Assembly (NCBI RefSeq): GCF_000039765.1
Contig: NC_004459.3
Location: 30,001 to 62,000, forward strand
Source of the DNA: Vibrio vulnificus CMCP6
GTDB lineage: Bacteria; Pseudomonadota; Gammaproteobacteria; Enterobacterales; Vibrionaceae
Length of the DNA: 32,000 nt
Direction: 5' to 3'
A program made the position numbers and the translations under genes. Position 1 is the stretch's first letter; each line of letters begins with the position of its first letter. This document shows positions 25,648-32,000 of the stretch, piece by piece. Below the pieces are notes generated by a model. That model did not search any database. It was given only the letters and a program-made list of their open reading frames with translations, and had not been told where the DNA came from.

Positions 25648-27015
25648 ATGAGTCACCCTCTACCATTTCATTCACTCGCCACGTTGTTTCATCACGGCAG
25701 AGCTCCACGACACCAAGTCGCGTTTTCCCTGAATGAACACCATGATTGGTCATCGTTCACGTGCCACGTGCATTCACTTTGCGAGCAATTGAAGCAAACA
25801 GAAGCTCCACGAGTTGCCCTGTGCGCCGCCAACAGCTACCAATTTGCCATTGGTTTTTTTGCGCTGTGTTTTAGTGGCAAAGCCATTGTGTTACCTGGAA
25901 ATTATCAACCAGCGGCGTTGAATGAGCTCAGTTGCGAGTTTGATCTCTTATTGTGTGATGAGGAAGTGGGAAGCCACTTGCGCCAAGCGTACCAATTAAT
26001 ATCGGACACGCACAGCACGTGCAAACCCGCCTTGTTTCCACACTTGTCACTTGAACAAGTGGTGCTCACCTTATTTACCTCGGGCTCCAGTGGAACACCA
26101 AAGGCGATTCGCAAAACGCTGCAACAGTTAGATAGTGAAATCGCTGTGTTAGAGCAATTGTTTGGTCAGCAGTTACAAGACTGCCGCATTGAAAGCACCG
26201 TTTCTCATCAACATATTTACGGTTTGCTTTTCCGTGTACTTTGGCCTCTTTGTGCAGGTCGTGCCTTCGCTCAAACCAACTTAGAGTATCCCGAACAGCT
26301 TGTCGCACACGCCAGTGACCACACCGCGCTCATCAGCAGCCCTGCACTGCTTAAGCGATTAACCTCCGAGCATCACTCTTCGCCATTTGCGTGTGTCTTT
26401 TCATCTGGCGGCCCGTTAAGTTACGAAGCGGCGATGCACGCTCAAACGCTGTTTTCACAGACACCTTGGGAGGTGTTCGGCAGTACAGAAACGGGGGGCA
26501 TTGCTTGCCGTCAACAGCATCAAGCCAACACACCATGGCAACTCTTTCCTGGCATTGATGTCGAGCTCAATCAAGAGAACTGTTTGCGTCTGCGCTCTCC
26601 GCACATTGATGGAGAGAACTGGTATCAAACCGCCGACGAATGTGAAATGGTCAGCGAACGTCAATTCTTGTTGAAAGGGCGTACCGATCGCGTGATCAAG
26701 CTGGAAGAGAAGCGAATTTCACTGGTCGAAGTAGAAAAGCGCCTTGATCATCTCGACTGGATTAACGAAAGCGTGGTCATCCCCATGACAGAATCTGACA
26801 GATTAACCTTGGTGGCTGCGATAGTATTAACCTCAGCAGGTACAGCGAAACTCAATGAGCTTGGTAAAGGCAAGTTTTGGCTTATGCTGAGAGGGGAATT
26901 GCGACAATGGTTAGAGCCGATCGCCATTCCACGTCGCTACCGAGTTGTCAGTGAAATTCCTTTGAACAGCCAAGGGAAGAGACTGACCAACCAAATAGAA
27001 CAACTTTTTCATTAG
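25648..27015 (+). CDS. apeH: AMP-dependent acyl/aryl-ACP (CoA) ligase (ApeH-like)
   Basis: 455 aa. Adenylate-forming motifs TSGSSGTPKA and FGSTETGG, with a C-terminal GK (NSQGKRL). Confidence 0.85.
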   Translation: MSHPLPFHSLATLFHHGRAPRHQVAFSLNEHHDWSSFTCHVHSLCEQLKQTEAPRVALCAANSYQFAIGFFALCFSGKAIVLPGNYQPAALNELSCEFDLLLCDEEVGSHLRQAYQLISDTHSTCKPALFPHLSLEQVVLTLFTSGSSGTPKAIRKTLQQLDSEIAVLEQLFGQQLQDCRIESTVSHQHIYGLLFRVLWPLCAGRAFAQTNLEYPEQLVAHASDHTALISSPALLKRLTSEHHSSPFACVFSSGGPLSYEAAMHAQTLFSQTPWEVFGSTETGGIACRQQHQANTPWQLFPGIDVELNQENCLRLRSPHIDGENWYQTADECEMVSERQFLLKGRTDRVIKLEEKRISLVEVEKRLDHLDWINESVVIPMTESDRLTLVAAIVLTSAGTAKLNELGKGKFWLMLRGELRQWLEPIAIPRRYRVVSEIPLNSQGKRLTNQIEQLFH

Positions 27016-27027
27016 AACGAAAACACT

Positions 27028-27399
27028 ATGAGTACAAAAAGAAAGCCAACCGTTCTTGCCAGTCAGGTCGACGGACACAGTGCCACATTACAGCTGCGCG
27101 TTGATCATGATCTGCTGGATTTTTCTGGTCATTTCACTCACTTTCCCTTGCTACCGGGTGTCACACAAATCGACTGGGCGATGTTCTATGGTCAAACGCT
27201 GTTGCAGTGCCCTGCCGCATTTAAAGGAATGGAAGTCATCAAGTTCCAAGAACCCATTCTGCCCGATGCGCAAGTAACACTCTCGCTCGTTTGGGATGAG
27301 AGCAAAGCGAAACTGCAATTTAGCTATACATCCTCTCGAGATGGCGAACGTGTATCTCACTCATCAGGCAAGATGAAACTAGGGGCGAGCAGTGACTGA
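27028..27399 (+). CDS. apeI: Hotdog-fold dehydratase, FabA/FabZ-like (ApeI-like)
   Basis: 123 aa with the FabZ-type motif FSGHFTHFPLLPGV. Confidence 0.75.
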   Translation: MSTKRKPTVLASQVDGHSATLQLRVDHDLLDFSGHFTHFPLLPGVTQIDWAMFYGQTLLQCPAAFKGMEVIKFQEPILPDAQVTLSLVWDESKAKLQFSYTSSRDGERVSHSSGKMKLGASSD

Positions 27400-29101
27400 C
27401 TATCAAGCTTGTTTTCTCATCCCTTGTTACAACCATGGTGAAACCATTGGTCAGGTGATCGACTCGCTGCAAGAGTTTGCGCTGCCAGTGATCATCGTTG
27501 ATGATGGCAGCAATTTCGCCACACAAACGCAACTCGAGCAGCAAGCAACACGCGACAAGGTATACCTGATCCGCTTAGCCGAAAACCAAGGCAAAGGCGG
27601 CGCCGTCATGGCGGGTATCCGCTATGCACAACAACTTGGCTTTACGCACACCATTCAAATCGACTCGGATGGGCAACATGATCTGCAAGCGCTGCCAAAG
27701 TTGCTAAACGCCTCAAAAATGCATCCTCAGCGCTTGATATCAGGGCAGCCAATTTATGACGAGAGCGTCCCTAAATCTCGCTTGTATGGCCGTTACGTGA
27801 CTCATGTTTGGGTGTGGATTGAGACACTCTCCATGAGCATCCAAGACAGCATGTGCGGCTTTCGCGCCTACCCAGTGGACAAAACCGTCGCGGTTTTGGA
27901 CAAATATCGCCTTGGCACACGCATGGATTTTGACATCGAAATCCTCGTTCGCATGTACTGGGAAGGGGTGGACATTGATTTCATTGAAACTCGCGTGATC
28001 TACCCTGAAGGTGGCATTTCGCATTTTGATGCGCTTTGGGACAACGTTAAAATCAGTTGGATGCATACGAAGCTCTTTTTTGGCATGCTGCCAAGAGCCC
28101 CGAAGTTGATGATGCGCAAACATCCTGATGCGAAAAACAATGTGCATTGGTCCAAGCAGCAAGAGCGAGGCACGGTACTGGGCATTAAACTGCTGCTAGC
28201 GGTCTACTCGCTGCTAGGGCGAACGACCTTCAATCTGATCTTGCGTGTTGTGATGGCTTATTATCATGCGACGGGCAAACAAGCCAAGCAAGCATCGCAA
28301 CGCTATCTCGACCAACTGGAGCAATACGCCAGAGAAAAGCGTATTGAACTCCCGGATAATCTCACCAGTTACAACCATTTGCTCTCTTTTGGCCATACCA
28401 TGCTGGATAAACTGGCGGCTTGGAAAGGCGATTTTTCAGCGCAAAATTTGACTATCCACGGGCAAAATCAGTTCGACAAAATGATTGAGAACCAGCAAGG
28501 TGTGGTTATTCTCGGTTCGCATTTGGGCAACATTGAGCTGTGTCGAGCCTTAAGCCGACGTCATACCCACGTCAAAATCAATGCCTTGGTCTTTACTGAG
28601 CACGCAGAGCGTTTTAATGCGGTGATGAAAGCGGTTAACCCCAATTCTGAGCTCAATCTGATTCAAGTGAGCCATTTGGGGCCTGATACCGCTATCTTGC
28701 TACAACAGAAAATTGAGCAAGGCGAATGGGTCGTCATTGTGGGTGATCGCACCTCCACCAGCAAAGAAACACGCGCCGTTTGGGCTGATTTTCTTGGCAA
28801 GCCTGCCCCATTCCCACAAGGGCCATTTATGTTGGCTTCGATTCTCAAAGCGCCTGTGTATTTACTCTTTGGCCTGCGTGACGATTCCAGCAGTACCCCC
28901 CATTTTGATGTCTACTTCGAACATTTTAGCGACAAAATTGTTCTGCCTCGCAAAGAGAGACAAACCGCTTTGGAAATGGTTGTGCAACAGTACGCACAAC
29001 GTTTAGAACATTACACACTGCAGGCTCCTCTGCAGTGGTATAACTTTTTTGATTTTTGGAACCTAACAGATCAGCAACATGACGATGCAAGCAGAAAATA
29101 A
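27392..29101 (+). CDS. apeJ: Fusion protein: family-2 glycosyltransferase (N-terminal) plus LpxL/HtrB-type lipid A-class acyltransferase (C-terminal) (ApeJ-like)
   Basis: 569 aa. GT2 motifs VIIVDDGS and QIDSDGQH; central TM region; C-terminal HX4E acyltransferase motif GSHLGNIEL. The GTG start overlaps the apeI stop by 8 nt. Confidence 0.8.
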   Translation: MTDYQACFLIPCYNHGETIGQVIDSLQEFALPVIIVDDGSNFATQTQLEQQATRDKVYLIRLAENQGKGGAVMAGIRYAQQLGFTHTIQIDSDGQHDLQALPKLLNASKMHPQRLISGQPIYDESVPKSRLYGRYVTHVWVWIETLSMSIQDSMCGFRAYPVDKTVAVLDKYRLGTRMDFDIEILVRMYWEGVDIDFIETRVIYPEGGISHFDALWDNVKISWMHTKLFFGMLPRAPKLMMRKHPDAKNNVHWSKQQERGTVLGIKLLLAVYSLLGRTTFNLILRVVMAYYHATGKQAKQASQRYLDQLEQYAREKRIELPDNLTSYNHLLSFGHTMLDKLAAWKGDFSAQNLTIHGQNQFDKMIENQQGVVILGSHLGNIELCRALSRRHTHVKINALVFTEHAERFNAVMKAVNPNSELNLIQVSHLGPDTAILLQQKIEQGEWVVIVGDRTSTSKETRAVWADFLGKPAPFPQGPFMLASILKAPVYLLFGLRDDSSSTPHFDVYFEHFSDKIVLPRKERQTALEMVVQQYAQRLEHYTLQAPLQWYNFFDFWNLTDQQHDDASRK

Positions 29102-30623
29102 TATTACCTTTGGCCAAGGCAGACTGACGATTGAGGATGTTGCGGCGATCGCTCAAGGCGCAAAGGCCACGTTAAACAACTCAGTTGAATTTACCGCCAA
29201 AATCGACCGCGGTGTCGCCTTTCTAGAACGCCTTCTTAAAGAAGAAGGGGTGATCTATGGCGTCACCACTGGATACGGCGACTCTTGTACAGTCGCGATA
29301 CCGCCTCAATTGGTTGAAGAATTGCCCCTTCACCTAACGCGCTTTCACGGCTGTGGCTTAGGCAAAATTCTCACCCATGAGCAAGCGCGCGCGGTGCTTG
29401 CTACACGTCTGTGTTCTTTATCACAAGGCGTTTCGGGCGTAAGTCATGACTTACTTAATCAGATCGTAACTTTGATTAATCACGATATTTCACCTCGCAT
29501 TCCTGAAGAAGGTTCGGTAGGGGCCAGTGGCGATCTGACTCCCCTTTCCTACCTTGCTGCAGCGCTGGTTGGTGAGCGAGAAGTGATCTACCAAGGTGAA
29601 GAGCGTGCAACCGCCGAGGTTTACGCCGAACTGGGCATCCAACCGATTAAACTGCGTCCTAAAGAGGGCTTGGCGCTCATGAACGGCACATCAGTGATGA
29701 CCGCGTTAGCTTGCCTTGCCTACAAACGCGCGGAGTATCTAGCGCAGCTCAGCACCAAAATCACCGCAATGGTCTCTGTGGCCATGCACGGTAATGACTT
29801 CCATTTTGATGAAGCGCTCTTTGCAGTCAAACCTCATCCTGGCCAACAACAGATCGCCGCTTGGTTGCGAGATGACTTGAAAGCCGATAAGCCACCACGC
29901 AACAGTGACCGTCTGCAAGATCGTTACTCATTACGCTGTGCGCCGCACGTGATTGGTGTTGTCCAAGATTCACTACCTTGGTTGCGCCAAATGATCGAAA
30001 ACGAGCTCAACAGCGCCAATGACAACCCAATCATCGATGGTGACAACGAACGTGTTTTACACGGCGGTCACTTCTATGGTGGTCACATTGCCATGGCAAT
30101 GGACACACTGAAAACCGGTATTGCCAACCTCGCGGATCTGCTCGATCGTCAAATGGCACAATTGATGGATTACAAGTTCAACAATGGCTTACCATTTAAC
30201 TTGAGCGGTGCCGAAGGGGAACGCAAGCCCATCAACCATGGCTTTAAAGCGGTGCAAATTGGTATTTCTGCCTGGACCGCAGAAGCGCTCAAGCACACCA
30301 TGCCTGCCAGTGTATTCTCGCGCTCTACCGAGTGTCACAACCAAGACAAAGTGAGCATGGGGACTATCGCTGCCCGCGATTGTTTGCGAGTATTGGAACT
30401 GACCGAACAGGTGGCAGCCGCGTCTCTACTTGCTGCAACGCAAGGGATCGAAATTCGCCGCCGTCGTGGTGAACTGGACGAAAACCACATGAGCGATCGC
30501 CTAAAAGCCATCTGCAGCTCGGTACTCAATGAGTTTGAATTTGTCACTGAAGATCGCCCATTGGAAAAAGATCTACGCCAGTTCATCGCTCACATTCAAC
30601 AGCGTCATTGGTCACTGTATTAA
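29079..30623 (+). CDS. MIO-dependent aromatic amino acid ammonia-lyase (HAL/PAL/TAL family); substrate not assignable
   Basis: 514 aa. MIO-forming triad in GSVGASGDLTPLSYL (Ala149-Ser150-Gly151, nt 29523-29531), plus GYGD, NGTS, YSLRCAPHV, QDKVSMG. The start overlaps the apeJ end by 23 nt (17 nt if Met3 is used). Confidence 0.88.
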   Translation: MTMQAENNITFGQGRLTIEDVAAIAQGAKATLNNSVEFTAKIDRGVAFLERLLKEEGVIYGVTTGYGDSCTVAIPPQLVEELPLHLTRFHGCGLGKILTHEQARAVLATRLCSLSQGVSGVSHDLLNQIVTLINHDISPRIPEEGSVGASGDLTPLSYLAAALVGEREVIYQGEERATAEVYAELGIQPIKLRPKEGLALMNGTSVMTALACLAYKRAEYLAQLSTKITAMVSVAMHGNDFHFDEALFAVKPHPGQQQIAAWLRDDLKADKPPRNSDRLQDRYSLRCAPHVIGVVQDSLPWLRQMIENELNSANDNPIIDGDNERVLHGGHFYGGHIAMAMDTLKTGIANLADLLDRQMAQLMDYKFNNGLPFNLSGAEGERKPINHGFKAVQIGISAWTAEALKHTMPASVFSRSTECHNQDKVSMGTIAARDCLRVLELTEQVAAASLLAATQGIEIRRRRGELDENHMSDRLKAICSSVLNEFEFVTEDRPLEKDLRQFIAHIQQRHWSLY

Positions 30624-30631
30624 GAGGTTCT

Positions 30632-31078
30632 ATGACAGACGTACTTTATCCACTAGAAGCTGAGGTAACTTTGGTGACCTCGTTTCAAGATGCCGACCCT
30701 ATGGGGGTTATCTATCACGGTAATTACTTCCGATTTTTTGAAGAAGCAAGACGTGTGATGATGGAGAAAATCGATTATGGCTATCAACAAATGAGCGCGT
30801 CAGGATTCATGTGGCCAGTGATTGATGTTCAGGTAAAGTACGTCCGAGCCATTCCTTTTAATCACGCAATTCGCGTCAAAGCGACGCTGAGCGAATGGGA
30901 AAATCGCTTACGAGTGCATTATCAAATCTTTGATGCCGCCACTGGGCAACGCATGTGTAAAGCGCATACCACTCAGGTCGCCGTCAGCATTGAAGATCAA
31001 GAGATGCGATTAGCATCGCCCTCGGTGTTTCTCGAACGCGTCCATCAATGGCATCAAAACGGAGCGTACCTATGCTAA
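30632..31078 (+). CDS. apeK: 4HBT/YbgC-type hotdog thioesterase (ApeK-like)
   Basis: Start set at ATG 30632 (RBS aagagg), 8 nt after the lyase stop. The tracked TTG start at 30608 would overlap the lyase gene. Motif DADPMGVIYHGNYFRFFEEAR. Confidence 0.8.
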   Translation: MTDVLYPLEAEVTLVTSFQDADPMGVIYHGNYFRFFEEARRVMMEKIDYGYQQMSASGFMWPVIDVQVKYVRAIPFNHAIRVKATLSEWENRLRVHYQIFDAATGQRMCKAHTTQVAVSIEDQEMRLASPSVFLERVHQWHQNGAYLC

Positions 31079-31704
31079 TGTCATGGCGACAACACACGCT
31101 CACTTTGTGGCTACTGGTTTGCACACTGTTTTCTCCGCTGAGCTGGGCCCAAGTGAGCAACCTAGATGAATTGCAAGCGCAGCTTTCCAAACACGATCTG
31201 GTGCGAGGCCAGTTCACCCAACAACGCCATTTGGAAATGTTTAACCAACCCTTGAGTTCTCAAGGGCAATTTGTGTTAGACAAAAGCCATGGTCTGTTGT
31301 GGCAACAACAAACCCCCTTCCCTGTGAATTTGGTTTTAACGCAAGACAAACTGCGACAAAATTTTGCTGGGCAAGCACCACAAGTGATCACGGCAGAGCA
31401 AAACCCAATGGCGTTTTACTTCAGCCGCATTTTTCTCTCCGTGTTTCATGGAGATACCTCCGCTTTGCAGCGCGAGTTCGAGTTGACGTTACACGTTGAC
31501 GACAATGGATGGCAGCTCGACCTGACACCGACGGCAGCCCCTTTAAATGCGGTATTCAGCAAAATTACCCTCAGAGGTAACGAAGAAATTGACCAACTGG
31601 AACTGGTGGAAAAACGTGGCGATCGCACCGATATTCAATTTTCACAGCAAACGCACACCCCAGAACAGTTGAGCGAAACGGAGCAAAAGCAGTTTGCGTT
31701 TTAA
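31072..31704 (+). CDS. apeL: LolA-like outer-membrane lipoprotein carrier family protein (ApeL-like)
   Basis: Start set at ATG 31072 (RBS ggag, 7-nt overlap with the apeK stop). This gives signal peptide MLMSWRQHTLTLWLLVCTLFSPLSWAQ. LolA-type block LVRGQFTQQRHLEMFNQPLSSQGQFVL. Confidence 0.75.
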   Translation: MLMSWRQHTLTLWLLVCTLFSPLSWAQVSNLDELQAQLSKHDLVRGQFTQQRHLEMFNQPLSSQGQFVLDKSHGLLWQQQTPFPVNLVLTQDKLRQNFAGQAPQVITAEQNPMAFYFSRIFLSVFHGDTSALQREFELTLHVDDNGWQLDLTPTAAPLNAVFSKITLRGNEEIDQLELVEKRGDRTDIQFSQQTHTPEQLSETEQKQFAF

Positions 31705-32000
31705 ATCCCCGACGTTAGCCGTTAGCTGGCTTATGGCCGTGATCATGGCCGGTTTGTTGCTGAGCTATCTCTGGTTTGCGCAAGCAACGGCGCCAATCGA
31801 AACCGATATTTTAAAACTGCTGCCTAAAAATCAGCAAAATCCAGTAGCAGAACAAGCGTTTGAGCGCATTGCGGAGACGATGGGCAACAAGGTGATTTTT
31901 ATCGTATCGGGCGATGAGATCGATAAAGTTTACCAAGCAAGCGATGCGCTCACACAGCAGCTCACTCAAAGCGGTTATTTTGCCCAAGTGATGGGCCAAA
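31694..32000 (+). CDS. apeM: MMPL/RND-type exporter, N-terminal fragment (ApeM-like); continues beyond window
   Basis: Not in the ORF track because there is no stop. The frame is open from 31673 to 32000 and reads (M)RFKSPTLAVSWLMAVIMAGLLLSYLWFAQATAPIETDILKLLPKNQQNPVAEQAFERIAETMGNKVIFIVSG... That is a TM helix followed by a periplasmic segment. The start is uncertain: TTG 31694 (ggag 10 nt upstream) or ATG 31733. Confidence 0.6.
   Translation, partial: MRFKSPTLAVSWLMAVIMAGLLLSYLWFAQATAPIETDILKLLPKNQQNPVAEQAFERIAETMGNKVIFIVSGDEIDKVYQASDALTQQLTQSGYFAQVMGQ

Noticed and set aside
31811-31999. 62-aa minus-strand ORF at the window end
   Set aside because: It is antisense to the open apeM-like exporter frame, which has a convincing TM/periplasmic N-terminus and the expected synteny.
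20130-32000. Whether the pigment cluster is a mobile island or defence locus
   Set aside because: I found no integrase, transposase, tRNA attachment site or flanking direct repeats in the window. No defence-type domains (nucleases, STAND NTPases, TIR, Cas, toxin-antitoxin pairs) appeared in any translation. The right-hand boundary lies outside the window, so mobility cannot be judged.

Overview
This 32 kb window is gene-dense and looks like a gammaproteobacterial, probably Vibrionaceae, chromosome. That origin is inferred from gene content, an ERIC/IRU repeat and a GlyGly-CTERM sorting tail. I could run no database search.

Gene content, left to right:
- 1-612: 3' end of a sigma-54 enhancer-binding regulator (DctD-like).
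- 707-2665: a secreted DUF3857/transglutaminase-like protein.
- 2860-5954: a dctPQM TRAP C4-dicarboxylate transporter operon, with a well-spaced sigma-54 promoter and paired upstream repeats.
- 6524-13071: a seven-gene minus-strand module in the order OmpR-type regulator, histidine kinase, sugar-binding protein, two permeases, ATPase. It has the order and sequence flavour of the Pseudomonas GltR/GtrS-GltBFGK (GtsABCD) glucose system.
- 13184-27: an ERIC/IRU repeat.
- 13339-19847: selO (ydiU), a methyl-accepting chemotaxis protein, and a 1005-aa secreted M6 (InhA-like) metalloprotease with a GlyGly-CTERM rhombosortase tail.
- 20130-32000: the main accessory-type locus, an aryl-polyene (APE)-type lipid pigment cluster.

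The APE cluster has a tightly coupled plus-strand operon: apeC-D-E-F-G-H-I-J, an inserted MIO ammonia-lyase, then apeK-L-M. It runs off the window end before the KS/KR/DH core. A divergent minus-strand tailoring operon encodes a lipoprotein, a methyltransferase and a flavin halogenase-like enzyme with a WxWxIP motif.

The APE family is already described. What is unresolved here is the combination of ammonia-lyase, halogenase-like enzyme and methyltransferase, and therefore the product.

I recognised no tRNA/rRNA, CRISPR array, transposase/integrase or known defence system. All calls rest on reading the supplied translations and the DNA by eye.
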